From: Octopus vulgaris
Taxonomy: Eukaryota
Reading direction: 5' to 3'
Assembly: GCA_951406725.2 (NCBI GenBank)
Contig: OX597826.1
Location: 3,968,001-4,032,000 of the forward strand
Length of the DNA: 64,000 nt
Shown: in pieces, positions 28,140 through 41,505 of the stretch
Layout: every line of letters begins with the position of its first letter
How positions within the stretch are numbered: the stretch's first letter is position 1
Notes under the pieces: generated by a model
What the model saw: the letters and a program-made list of their open reading frames with translations, nothing else
The model's database searches: none
What the model was told of the DNA's origin: nothing
Made by a program: the position numbers and the translations under genes

Positions 28140-28141
<2 letters not shown>
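28032..28141 (-). mobile_element. SINE family C-type tRNA-derived head between (TA)n runs
   Basis: Minus strand: GGCGCAATGGCCTAGTGGTTAGGGCAGCGGACTCGCGGTCGCAGGATCGCGGTTTCGGTTCTCAGACCGGGCG. Confidence 0.8.
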
Positions 28142-28175
<34 letters not shown>

Positions 28176-29097
28176 CATATATAAATATATCATAAATATT
28201 CATTAAGTGAAAACTAAATACAATACTTAAATTATACAATACTTTAAAATTAATTAATATACACAATGCTAGTACAAGCCATTAATATTGTAATCAAAAT
28301 CAGAAATGGTTCAAATATAGACAAACTTATTAAATAAACTAAGTATATAATTATATAATTAATACATAATTGTAGTTTCTATAGATTTAATATATCACTC
28401 AATAATATTGTTGACCAAATATCAATTAATATAAAACCTAATTTACTTAAATTTAATACTAATTAATGAATATACCACCTAATTATTAAATAATATATTG
28501 TAAAACAAAAATTAGATATCAAATTAAATTAAATGTAATACGTTAGATCCATTTATAAAAATGATAATAAATCATTCTAAATATATAGATACGATAATTA
28601 ATAACTATCATTACTTATAACTATCATTACTTATAACTATCAAAATATATAAAAATGATATAATGGCGAAAATCATTTATTAATGAAAAGTAAGAAACAT
28701 TTAAGTCCCATAAATTAAAGAAAGGTGCAAAAAATATTAGAACAAATGAACAATGCACTATGAAGACATTCAACTACGACCGACAGTCCACTACAAATCC
28801 AGTCAATAACAATAATAATAATAACAACAATCAAATTCAATATAATACAAGATCGAAATAATATTGATGAACAAACAATGTTTGTTTAACAATTAAATTA
28901 ATCATTAGATGAAACCACCTTTGTTGTCAGGGAAGATTTTACATTTGAGAATGGAGTTTAACATCCATACATGCACAAATATGCATGTATGTACGTATGT
29001 ATGTATGTATATGTACTTTTGTTTTTTACATACGTGATCCAGTCATTAGACTGCGGTATACTGGGGCACAGCCTTGAAGAATATACATATAAAGATG

Positions 29098-29128
<31 letters not shown>

Positions 29129-29146
29129 ATATATATGTATACATAT

Positions 29147-29350
29147 GGAGGCGCGTGGCTTAGTGGTTAGGATGTCAGCAGCATCATGATTGTAAGATTG
29201 TGGTTTCGATTCCTGGACCGGGCGACGATTTATGTTCTTGAGCAAAACACTTCATTTCACGTTGCTCCAGTCCACTCACCTGGCAGAAATGAGTAATGCT
29301 GGGATGGATTGTTGTCCCGTCCAGCTGGGGAACACACACGCCATTGGGTA
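29147..29350 (+). mobile_element. SINE family C
   Basis: GGCGCGTGGCTTAGTGGTTAGG...GGTTTCGATTCCTGGACCGGGCG...GAGCAAAACACTTCATTTCACGTTGCTCCAGTC. Confidence 0.8.
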
Positions 29351-29939
29351 TTTAAAAGGGTGCATTTATTTATTATTTTATACATATACATATATATGTG
29401 TGTTTATGTGTGAGCGTGTGCGCGTATAGACACACACATATGTACGGTGTGTGTGCGTATCAGTGGAGCGAAATAAGAGAGAGAGAGGGAGTGGGAAAGA
29501 GAGAGATTGCGTAATATGTAGACAAATGAGAAATGCATATATCAATACAGGAAGACAGTGATTCTAAGAGCATGCAAACATACATACATACACATACAGG
29601 CACACATACATACACACGTACACCCATACGTTCTCATACCTATACAGATATAAACGTGCACACATACATTCACATATGCTTACGTTGATACAAAGGTATA
29701 AGACACGCGTATGGACGCACCCAAAATTTGCCATGTGCATATATATCATCGCTGCATACATAGCACATTGTCATCAAAAAATACAGAACGACCAAAAGGT
29801 TTAGCATTATTCTACCTGTGTAAATCTTTGTAAATAAATCACGTTCTTTTTTCTTTTATCATATTCTAATTTTATTTCCCCACCTGCTATTTTTCTTATC
29901 ACTTTTATTGCTAGCGAGATTGTCAACATTATTATTGTT

Positions 29940-29998
29940 TTACTATTGTTGTTTTTGTTGTTATCGCATTATTATCATCATCTTCAGTAGTATCATCA

Positions 29999-30059
<61 letters not shown>

Positions 30060-30284
30060 AATAATAATTATTATTATTATTGTTATTCTTATTATTATTA
30101 TCATTATTCTTCTTACTATTATTATTATTATTATTATTATTACTACTACTATTACTATCATTATTATTATTATGACTATTATTATTATAACTATTTTTAT
30201 TAATATTATTATTATCATTATTATTATTATTTTATTATTATATTATTATTATTATTGTTATCATTATTATTATTATTATTATTA

Positions 30285-30363
<79 letters not shown>

Positions 30364-30389
30364 TTTACTATTATTATCATCATCATCAC

Positions 30390-30443
<54 letters not shown>

Positions 30444-30450
30444 CATTTTT
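29940..30450. repeat. Degenerate (TTA)n microsatellite
   Basis: Seen directly. Confidence 0.95.
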
Positions 30451-31019
30451 ATTATAGCCAATCATTCCTACCTGATCGTGTTCTCTTAGAATCTATCCTT
30501 CTGATTCCATCGAAATGTATAATTGGACAAAGAAATACATGTGTGTATGTATGTGTGTACGCGTGCGAGTACGTGCGTGTTTATAAGCATATGCATAAAT
30601 AGATGTATGTATGTATGTGTGGATAAATCTAAGCATATGTATGTATATATAAATGTATAAATAAATAAATAGAGTAAAAAATATAGATAAATAAGTAAAT
30701 AAATCGAATCGATATGCCGCTTATAAAGCTAGTCAAAGAAAGATTTATCTTCGTTTTCCACAACGACAAGTCGGAATAAAAACATAGATTAAAGACATAA
30801 AGTAAACATATAAATAAAGCAAACGATGAGAGAAAGCGTATTTCAACGGCGGACTCTGGATTTTTAAAACTATTTTACAACATATTCTGCTTAGATGTTG
30901 TTGTTGTTGTTGTTTTTTATTCAGCTTTCAATGTGTGCGCGCGCAACACACTCTTATTTTCCACTCACGCACGCATACGTGCACACACATGCTAAGCCAC
31001 ACACAAAGGCGTATGTGTA

Positions 31020-31021
31020 TG

Positions 31022-31080
<59 letters not shown>

Positions 31081-31133
31081 GTACATCCATTTATATATAT
31101 ATGCATACACACAGACGTAGATATATATATCAG

Positions 31134-31180
<47 letters not shown>

Positions 31181-31408
31181 CATATATATATATACATATA
31201 CATACATATATACATACATGCATGCATACATACATGCATACATACATACATGCATACATACGTTCATACATGTATATACATGCATACATACATACATACA
31301 CATACATGCATACATACATACATGCATACATACATATATACATACATGCATACATACATACATGTACATACATACATACATACATGCATACATACATACA
31401 AACATACA

Positions 31409-31440
<32 letters not shown>

Positions 31441-31520
31441 CATGCATACATACATACATGCATACAACACAATACACAAGCAATGCATACAAGAATATAC
31501 ACACACACACACACACACAT
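31020..31520. repeat. (TA)n/(CATA)n/(CA)n compound microsatellite
   Basis: Seen directly. Confidence 0.95.
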
Positions 31521-31811
31521 ACACAAATACGCGCGAGTGTGTTGTGTGTGCGAGTGTGTCAAGTATGCATGTGTATGTGCGTGGATGTGTTTGTATGTAT
31601 TTGTCATTGTGTTTCTTTTGCTTAGTGATTGACTTCTATTGCTGTGGTTTTATATATTCTATTTTGTATTATTTACTATGTTTGCGGAAGCCAATATTTT
31701 AGACGGGGATAGAAGCGACAATTCCAAATTAATGCATTTCTCAATCTAGCCCCCTCTCTCTCTTTCTCTCTCTATCTATTTATCTCTCTCTCTCTCTCTC
31801 TATCTATCCAT

Positions 31812-31907
<96 letters not shown>

Positions 31908-32284
31908 GTCTCTTTATGTTTCTTTCACTCACTCCCCTTGACTCTCTCTAACCCTCTGTTTATCTCACTATATCACCATCTCACATCTGACTCTGTCTTT
32001 TTCTCTGCCTGTATTGTCCCTCTCTCTCCCTCTCTCTCTCCCTCTCTCTCTCCCTTGCCCTCTGTTCATTTCTCTCCTCTCCCACACTCACTCTCAATCT
32101 GCCACTCATATTGGTTTTGATTATACACTTCACTATTCCATTAATAGATATCTATCTATCTATATTTGTCTCTCTGTCTGTTTGTCTGTCTATCTATCTA
32201 TCTATCCATCTATCTTTTTTATTTATATCTCTCTCTCTACCTGTCTGCGTACCTATCTATCTCTATTTATATTAATATATGGAG

Positions 32285-32315
<31 letters not shown>

Positions 32316-32409
32316 TGTAAAGTGACTGACCGGGAAAGAGATACATACACGTGTATACAGGCATACATTCATAATACATGCGCATAAATATATATATATG
32401 TATATGCAT

Positions 32410-32469
<60 letters not shown>

Positions 32470-32824
32470 ATATATGCGTGTATGTGTGTACATGTGTGAG
32501 TTTGAGTATCGATATGTTTGAGTGAGTGTGTATGCATAGATATAATGATACCAATTGCAGATTCACAAACGAACATCTACACAAGCTATTACACAGAAAT
32601 TCTCGCAGGTTGTTCAAAGCGTACAAATATATATGGCGCGACATGAAATGAAATGAAATAAATGGAATACATCAGGGTATATTTTCATATCTTTTATCTG
32701 GATTATTCTAATTGTTTTCATCAGTGTCCATTCGCTTCTTATTTTATACTTCTCCGAAGATTCTGCTCTGTCTTTTTCTTCTCATGTATGTGAGAATTTT
32801 TTAGCATACATACATACATACATT

Positions 32825-32908
<84 letters not shown>

Positions 32909-33357
32909 GTACCTCCTGTGTTTGTGAAACTGTTGTATCTCTGCCGTAAGGCTTCATTTTCACACGCACCAGATTAATTCAAATCGTCCTTAGTCGAAAC
33001 ACACCTGTTGTTGTGTCCTGTTATTATTTTTATTGTATTTTTATTGTACTTATATTTGTGTAACGTTATCCGTTCTTTCCATCCTTGTTTTTGTATACAT
33101 TCGCTGCTTTCTTCCAATAAATCTAATGTTCTCGGAGCAATCTTAAGACTAATCAGCCGAAATTGTGAGGATAATCTGGTGCTTGACAGAAGAAAGAAAA
33201 CTTCGAATGACCCGTTCTTGTTTTCTTTGTATCGTCTACGTGGATGTTTTGTTGTCCCATTTTGTATCACCTAGCTGTCCGGATGTTTTCCATTTTATTG
33301 TCCCATTTTGTATTATATATATATAAATTAGTGTACATTTAAAATGTTTTGGCTTAT

Positions 33358-33426
33358 CCGCTGATGAGAACGTCGCCTTGCAAGTTATTTTTAATTGCCA
33401 ATTAAAATTTGAAACCTAAGGTCCGG
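33358..33426 (+). ncRNA. Putative type-I hammerhead ribozyme with long stem II
   Basis: CCG-CUGAUGA-[stem II containing the TTTTAATTG..AATTAAAA hairpin]-GAAAC-CUAAG-GUC-CGG. Stem I has only 3 bp and stem III is ACC/GGU. Confidence 0.5.
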
Positions 33427-33630
33427 CTTCGAAATTTCTCTTAACTGTGGTTTGGACTTTTCGACTGTTCTTTCTAGTATGTGAGGTAACCTGTTAAGGC
33501 TTACCTCTATTTGTGTTTAAATGTAAACGAAATTTTATATGAAAAATATATCGACTTGGTAGAAAAATATGTCTATTGACTGGTAGAAAAGTTTTTATAA
33601 TTTTCTCTACCCTATATTAATGTTAACAAG

Positions 33631-33662
<32 letters not shown>

Positions 33663-33681
33663 GAGATTTACATATATAAAC

Positions 33682-33727
<46 letters not shown>

Positions 33728-33940
33728 ATAAATCTCTAAGCGAGGTATAAACAGTAACTGCTCTGTAATATAAGCGGGACCAGCCATCTGAATGTGGCTA
33801 GGGACAGGGCGGGGTGGTGGGGGTGTTACTGATGCATTTAGCCCCAGGCGACTATAGACGTCACCAGGAGAGCCGACAGCATCACGGTGTCCTTGCTAGC
33901 CTGTAAAGGGAGATCAGCCTCCCCGAAGATACGGATGCTA

Positions 33941-33983
33941 CACACGGACCGGTTTCGAGGTGGTCGCCTCTCGTCAGCGCATG
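33941..33983 (-). ncRNA. Minimal type-I hammerhead ribozyme in the Penelope pseudo-LTR
   Basis: Minus strand: CAUGCG-CUGACGA-GAGG(cgacca)CCUC-GAAAC-CG-GUC^-CGUGUG. The core is canonical and stem III is the palindrome ACCGGU. Confidence 0.9.
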
Positions 33984-34401
33984 GCAAGCACCGTTCTTCG
34001 TTGAGGGACTTCCTTCACAGGCTAGAAATATATAGATTTTCACGGTAAACACAGTCACTGTCGTCGAAAATCTGTTCGATAACAATAATAAATCTCTAAG
34101 CGAGGTATAAACAGGGGAGAAGGGGTTAGAAGGAAAGGGTAGAAGAGGAGGCGGAAGGGAGAGAAGGAAGGAGAGGAGAAGAGGATGGGAGAGAAGGGGA
34201 GATGGAAGGAGAGGAGAAGAGGAGGGGAGAGGAGGAGGGAGGATAGAGGGAGAGGGTGAGAGAGAGAAGGGGAGTGAGGGAGCAGAGAGAAAGAGGGAAG
34301 GGGAAGAGGGAGGAAGGAGGGAGGGAGAAAGAGGGAAGAAGGGAAGAGAAGTAAGGGTGAAAGGATGACGGACTGAAGAGAAGTAGGGGTCGGGGGGGAG
34401 G

Positions 34402-35194
34402 TTAGATGAGGAGGGGGGAGAGGGGGTTAGATGATGAGTGGGGAGAGTTGAGACCAAATGGCGTATAAGAGCGAAGAGAGAAGATTAATTCCTGTTCACG
34501 TCGCAAACGGGAATCCGGATTGCCTCTGTGTAAGGACAAACCGAACACAGACAGGTGTTGCAAGGAGTGACCGGTGGAGCGGAAATGGCGTGAGACCGGT
34601 GTGTCGTTCGCAAGGCGGATGTCACGGAGGTGTTCCGCGAACCGGTCAACCAAGCGGCGTCCCGTTTGTCCGATGTACAGGGAATGGCAGAGAGAGCAAG
34701 AAACGCAATAGATAATATTTCTGGAGGTGCAGGTGAAGGAGTTGATGATGCGATAGGGTCGATGATGGGTGCCAGCGAGGAGGGTGGTGTTGGAGAGGTA
34801 AGGGCAAGTGCGGCAACGTGGGCGGGAGCAGGGGAACGAGCCAGGTTGGGAGGTAGGGTCAGGGAAGGAGCTATGGACCAAAAGGTCTCGAAGGTTATGG
34901 TGTCGTTTGAAAGAGGGGAGGGGTCGGTTAGGGAAGAGGTGTGAAGTGGACGGGTCGGACTGGAGATGACGGAAAGCTCGAAGAATGGTGCGTTGGCGAG
35001 GTAGGGTCGTGGGGTGGTAAGTGAGGGGTAAAGGGAGGCGGGAGACTGCAGGGCGGGTTCGGGGAGAGAGAGCAGATACACGGTCCACGGAACGTGCTCT
35101 GGCAAGGGCGGTGTGGATAGTGGTGAGGGGGTATCCACGTAGGATGAAGTGGTGAGCCATACGTTGAGACTGAGTCTCAAAATCCTGGTCGTCA
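34402..35194 (-). CDS. Penelope-like protein C-terminus: RT thumb, linker and GIY-YIG endonuclease (5'-truncated)
   Basis: LRGYP; PLTYHP; SFKRHHNLRDLLVHS; CSRPRCRTC; NIIYCVSCSLCHSLYIGQTGRRLVDRFAEH; REQELIFSL...GLN. Confidence 0.92.
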
Positions 35195-35808
35195 TATACA
35201 TATATAGTTATGTATATAATATGTAAGTACATGCATAGCCACACACGCATGCTTAGGCGCACGCGCATCAGTACGTGTTTTTAGTTGTTGAGGCTCTGGG
35301 AGATAATTTTTCTTAATTATTCATACATGCTACTACCTCGGACTTCATACACTAAATACGTATATGCGTGGAATTGCTTATATATTTGTAGGTTTAGCAT
35401 AATCTTGTTTGATTCTGCTTCATTCGTTAGCATTCTGTCATTCGCTGAAGAGTTCTATATTCGAGGTTTTCATTTTCCTACAGAGTTTGACTGGATTTTT
35501 TCTCCCTTAACTCTCGTACTATTTAGTTGTATGTTTTGCTTAACAACTCTTTGTTCCATTGTCCATGATATTTGTATTATTAGATATACAGTTTTTGTTT
35601 AGAAACGTTCAGTATTTTTATTTAATTTTTCTAGTTTTACTCGAATACTGTCTTTCATTTATTCGTATATTTAACACCATCGAATTCTTCCGGGTCAAAG
35701 CACATGCACACCTACACATATGTATCTCTCTCTCTCTATATATATATATATGTGTGTATGTATATACATATATATGTATGTATATACATATATATGTATG
35801 TATATACC

Positions 35809-35840
<32 letters not shown>

Positions 35841-36000
35841 ACTAATGTAGGATAAAAATTTTTTGGGGAAAAAAATTTATCAATGGCCAGCATATCAAAA
35901 TACCTTTAAAGGTTAAATTTATAAATAATTTACAAGATAAGGGCAAAAGAAAAATTCTAATGCCAAATATGCCGAAAAAAAGACAATAATTGTCAATAAA

Positions 36001-36139
36001 CCATTATAATGTATGCGTCTCGAAACAAACCGATAGAAATCTCTAAAAAATTCGTTATTACCGTATTGGTCCAATACGGTAATAATGAATTTTTTAGAGA
36101 TATCTATCGGTTTGTTTCGAGACGCATAAATTATAATGG
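36001..36139. repeat. Near-perfect 139-bp palindrome
   Basis: CCATTATAAT..GTCTCGAAACAAACCGATAGA..TACCGTATTGG t CCAATACGGTA..TCTATCGGTTTGTTTCGAGAC..ATTATAATGG, with about 3 mismatches. Confidence 0.95.
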
Positions 36140-36151
36140 TGTATATGTATA

Positions 36152-36235
<84 letters not shown>

Positions 36236-36292
36236 CATATATGGAAAAAAAAGTCAAGATAGAAAATGCTAAACTAATCTTATAAAAAACAC

Positions 36293-36330
36293 TCCAGTAC
36301 CGGTTTCAGTCAGAGACTTTTTCAACTGTA
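36293..36330 (-). ncRNA. Minimal hammerhead ribozyme, U3-A8 core variant, in a non-coding interspersed repeat
   Basis: Minus strand: UACAG-UUGAAAA-AGUC(ucu)GACU-GAAAC-CG-GUA^-CUGGA. The host repeat (~36240-36390) recurs at ~45320-45430. Confidence 0.7.
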
Positions 36331-36527
36331 AATATGGAAAACAATTAAATTTTGGAAAAATTAAAAGATAAGTTTTTTTTAAAGAATATTTGCATAGGGT
36401 TCAAATGCAAGTGGCATTTCACTTGTTTCTGTCTCTTTCTCTTCTCTCACTTGTTTACTCTTGCGGGTTCGAGGTCGTGTACATACATATATACATACAT
36501 ACATACATACATACATACATACATACA

Positions 36528-36561
<34 letters not shown>

Positions 36562-36912
36562 CATATATATATATACATACACATAAAAAAAGCACTCCAA
36601 CTTCGGTCGAGAATGGCTATGGATTAGAACTATAACGTCCTCGTTCGTGGCACAACTCTGGACAACAGTAGCTTACGAAGTCCAACATTCGCCCACGCAC
36701 TTCAGTCTATCCTCTTTACCAGTTCGATAGACTGGAGCAACACGTAGTGAATTGCTTTGCTCAAGAGCACAAAGCGTCACACATTTCAGGAAAAGAAACC
36801 ACAATCTTACGACCAGGCTTCCAAAGAGTAAGTCCTGGAGTCCACTTGCTCGTCTAAAGGCGCTGTTGTAGCAAGGCCGCAGTGAAAGGAATGAAACAAG
36901 TAAAAGAATAAA

Positions 36913-36968
<56 letters not shown>

Positions 36969-37429
36969 TATACCACCACATGAATTCAATTCGCATTTTT
37001 TAATATATTCCTATGTAATATCTGTACTAGTTCCCTTCCCTTAACTATAAAAGTTATAGTATTTTGTCTGTATTTATCTATTTAATTATTCTTATGCATG
37101 TTATGTCAAGAAGCTCTAGATGGCCATAAGCGGCCTCGTGCCACTTATGTCAATAGACTTCTGCCACCCGTACCCTTTATTTATTTACTTACTTTTCTTT
37201 TCTATTTATATATCCCTTGAAACGATTTTAACTTTTACCCTTGCTTCAAATATATTTGGCCAATTGTAGAGATGGATGACTTCAGTCTATTCCATTGCGG
37301 ACAACAGGTAATATTTCTCTATAATATTTCTGTAAGTACACTATCGTAAGAACTACTCTTTTATAGATATGTTAGTAATTTTCTTGCATTACTATTATTA
37401 TCATTATTATTATTTTTATTATTATTATT

Positions 37430-39974
37430 CAGTAGTTTTATTTTTTATAGCGTGCTTTCACTTCACTACCGAGCGCAGCTCTGTGTGCCTTGGGTATGTG
37501 CTGTGATTTGTTGTGATGCTCTGATGGTTATTGTATGGAAAGTGTTCTGCGTAGGATGTGTGCAGTGCCTAGTAGTGCAATTTTCTGTATGTTATATGTG
37601 TTTGTAAGTTGTCATCTGCCGGTATTGATACATCAATTAGAAAGCATTTTTTTTCTTCATGATCTCTGACAACTATATCTGGTCTGTTGGCCTTAATTTC
37701 TCTATCTGTGTGTATCGGCATATCCCACAGTATGGTTGCTTTCTCGTTTTCTGTTACCTTTTCTGGTGTGTGCCTATACCATCTTTTTTCTGTTGTTATT
37801 CCATAATGTTGGCATAGCTTCCAATGTATGTAGGTTCCAACTCTGTCATGTCTGTGAATATATTCCTTCTTAGCCAGGACTGGGCAGCTAGAGATAATAT
37901 GATTTATTGTTTCTTGTCCATCTCCACATATTCTGCAGTTACTTGTAATATTTCTTTTCATTACATGTTTTTGGTAATTTCTGGTGGGGAGGCTTTGGTC
38001 TTGTGCTGCAATTAAAAATCCCTCTGTCTCTGCTTTGAGTCCTGAGCTTCTCAACCATTGCTGGGATTTTTCTTTGTCTATTTCTTTTGCGTTTAGTTTA
38101 GTGCAGTATTTACCATGAAGGGGCTTTTCTTGCCATCGTTTTATCATGGCTCGTTGCTGTTCTATTTTTAGTTTGGATTTCATTTGTTTTATAGCTTTTG
38201 TTGTTTCTTCATCATCTTCTTCTTCTTCTTTGTGTTTATTAGGTGGTATGATTTCTTGCTTGTATTTGTCAGCTTCCTTAAATACTGAGAACAGTTTTTT
38301 GTTTTGCTCGTGGTTTGCTGCTATCTGGATCAGTTTTCCTTCCTTCTGAAGTAGGTATTTTTGCAGTCCTATGGTGGTTATTTTATAGTAGTTTTCCAGC
38401 TGTATAAGGCCTCTACCACCTTCTATACGTTGTATATATAGTCTTTCTATGTCAGATTTTGGGTGATGCATCCTAGATCCTGTCAGTATTTTTCTTGTTT
38501 TCCTATCTATTTTGGACAGTTCATTTCGTGTCCAGTTAAGGATATTGTAGCTGTAACTTATAACTGGGACAGCTAAAGTGTTGATACCTATTATCTTGTT
38601 TTTAGCATTGAGCTCTGTGTTTAGTATTGATCTAACTCGTCTATAATATTCTTTTTTTATTTTCTCTTTCATTTGTGTGTGTTGTGTCTTATCTAGTTCA
38701 TGGATTCCTAAGTATTTGTAAGTTTGGCTTTGGTCTAATTCTTTTATTTCATTGGTTTTATCTAGTGTGATGTTGTTACTCTTAACTAGTTTTCCTCTTT
38801 TCATGGTTACTTTGGCGCATTTTTCTAATCCAAATTTCATATCTATTTCTTTGGTAAATCCATGAACTGTCTTTAATAGTGTTTCCAGCTGTTTGTCATT
38901 TGCAGCGTATAGTTTTAGGTCATCCATATATAAAAGGTGGCTGATCGTTTTGCCGTAACATTTATATCCGCATCCAGTTCTATTTAGCATATCAGATAGA
39001 GGTGACAGTGCCAAGCAGAAAAAGAGTGGAGAGAGCGTATCTCCCTGGAATATTCCTCTTCTAATGGGGATGTCTTTGGTTTTCATGAGTCCCTCTTTTG
39101 TTTGGAGGTGTAGGACTGTTTGCCATTTATTCATAGAGTGCTCTATGAATTTTATGATTGTTGGTGCTACTTTGCTAATGGCTAGTGTTTCGAGGATCCA
39201 TGTGTGGGGGATGCTATCAAACGCCTTTTTGTAGTCAATCCAGGCCATACTGAGGCCTTTCTTCTTTCTGTGGCTGTCTTCAGTTATGGCTTTATTAATC
39301 ATTAGTTGATCTTTACAGCCATATGAGCCTTTGCGGCATCCTTTCTGCTCTTCTGGGAACAGTTTGTTTTCGTCCAGGTGCTTGTTCAGCCTTTGTGATA
39401 TCACTGCAGTAAATGCCTTGAACATAGTAGGGAGGCAGGTTATTGGTCTGTAGTTTTCTGGTTTTTCTGTTTCATTTGATTTGGGAATTAAGATGGTTTT
39501 CCCCTTCGTGAGCCATTCAGGCATTGTCTCTGGCTCTGCTAGTACTTTGTTAAAGTTTTCAGCCAGCTTTTTGTGCATTCCTGTTAAATATTTCAACCAG
39601 AAGTTGGGGATCTTGTCATGCCCAGGTGCCTTCCAGTTGCTTAGTCTTTGCAGTGCCTGGGTGACCTCTTCAGTTGTTATGGGGGTCCAAAGTTGTTCAG
39701 ATGCCGAGTTTGTTATTGTGATACTCCTTTTTTTGGTGGTTCGTTCGCCGACCATATTTCTCCCCAGAATTCTTCCAATTCTTCTGCCGTTGGTGCTGCA
39801 GTGACTTCTATTTTATTTTTGCCCAGTTCTTGGTAGAACTTTTTGGGGTCGGAGTTGAACTTTTTGTTCTGTTCAAAGAAGCGTTGGCGTATCTCGTACC
39901 GGCGGATCCTTTGAGCTTTGGCAAGGATATCTTGCTTCAGCTTTTCTTTTATCTCCGGCAAATCTTTTATTATC
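37430..39974 (-). mobile_element. 5'-truncated R4/Dong-clade non-LTR retrotransposon flanked by (TAA)n
   Basis: RT, CCHC and RLE domain order. (TAA)n lies directly at the 3' end (37389-37429) and at the 5' end (39975 onward). Confidence 0.9.
37528..39961 (-). pseudogene. RT + CCHC + restriction-like endonuclease ORF with one frameshift (~39755) and an internal deletion (~37608)
   Basis: KAPGHD, NYRPITCL, QKGC, WIDYKKAFDSIPH, GIFQGDTLSP, HLLYMDDLKLY, YKYLGI, CRICGDGQETINHIISSC, RHD, RPDIVV, IDVSIP. The true C-terminus LTNTYNIQKIALLGTAHILRRTLSIQ* continues in another frame. Confidence 0.93.
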
Positions 39975-40042
<68 letters not shown>

Positions 40043-40060
40043 GTTATTTTATTATTGTTA

Positions 40061-40128
<68 letters not shown>

Positions 40129-40158
40129 GTTATTGTTATTATTATTAATATTATTATA

Positions 40159-40197
<39 letters not shown>

Positions 40198-40237
40198 ATT
40201 ATTATTATTATTATTATTGTTATTGTTATTATTGTTA

Positions 40238-40268
<31 letters not shown>

Positions 40269-40363
40269 GATTATTATTAATATTATTATAATTATTATTA
40301 ATATTATTATAATTATTATTATTATTATAATTATTATTATTATTATTATTGTTATTGTTATTA

Positions 40364-40399
<36 letters not shown>

Positions 40400-40595
40400 A
40401 TTAATATTATTATAATTATTATTAATATTATTATAATTATTATTATTATTATAATTATTATTATTATAATTATTATTATTATTATTATTGTTATTGTTAT
40501 TATTGTTATTATTATTATTATTATTATTATCATTATTATGATTATTATTATTATAATTATTATTATTATTATTATTGTTATTGTTATTATTGTTA

Positions 40596-40629
<34 letters not shown>

Positions 40630-40700
40630 GATTATTATTATTATAATTATTATTATTATAATTATTATTATTATAATTATTATTATTATTATTATTATTT
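39975..40700. repeat. Long degenerate (TTA)n/(TTG)n array
   Basis: Seen directly. Confidence 0.97.
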
Positions 40701-41135
40701 GCTAACTTCTTTTCACAACTTTTAAAACATCTTGGTTTCCCTTTTATATGAAATAATCCGATTTTTTTCCCTAGATGACTCTTTTGCCTACTGACTTCGA
40801 AGCCCTATGATGAAAGATTGTATGACTTAAATATATTAGTCCACCAGACGTCTTGTCTAGGCTATGTTTTTTTCTTATTTCCCCCTTCCTTTCCTTTACT
40901 TTTGGACGCTTTTGCATTCACGCTGATGAAGCTCCATGTTCTAGTTCGAATATCATATGAAGATGAAGAATATTATTTTCGTAATTCTTTCGTAGGCACT
41001 GACTGGCATCGGAACTGGAAACGGCTGTAAGAATTGTTATGTCACTTATATGTTATGTCATATTTGGTATATTAAAGCTACAGATGTAGTCCAACTGATT
41101 TGTTTGTTGATTCGAAGTTTTCCCCATCTTCTGAT

Positions 41136-41166
<31 letters not shown>

Positions 41167-41258
41167 TTATTATCTACGAAATAGTCCCTTTGAGCACAAT
41201 AGCGAATGCAGTCCCGTAGACATACATTTAATGAATGCCCTTTACATTTTACATATAA

Positions 41259-41431
41259 GGTGCTGGAGTGGCTCTGTGGTAAGTAGCTTGCTTACCAATC
41301 ACATGTTTCTGGGTTCAGTCCCACTGCGTGGAACCTTGGACAAGTGTCTTCTACTATAGCCTCGAGCCGGCCAAAGCCTTGTGAGTGGATTTGGTAGACG
41401 GAAACTGAAAGAAGCCCATCGTATGTGTTTG

Positions 41432-41505
<74 letters not shown>

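Larger units (their letters stand above)
33724..35194 (-). mobile_element. 5'-truncated Penelope-like element (Neptune-type) with 3' pseudo-LTR
   Basis: GIY-YIG ORF, then a pyrimidine-rich 3' region, then a 360-bp segment bounded by a 31-bp direct repeat (33724-33754 = 34084-34114) that contains a hammerhead and ends in (TA)n. Confidence 0.9.

Noticed and set aside
28060-28141. tRNA gene (also at 6388, 29147, 41259, 56042)
   Set aside because: A and B boxes are present but there is no proper acceptor stem or cloverleaf, and each continues into a shared SINE body.
33882-34457. 191-aa Pro/Ser/Leu-rich ORF
   Set aside because: Low-complexity pyrimidine-rich 3' region of the Penelope-like element.
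40923-41035. CTGATGA...GAAACGGCTGTA hammerhead-like spacing
   Set aside because: Stem I and the base of stem II do not pair convincingly; at best a decayed motif.
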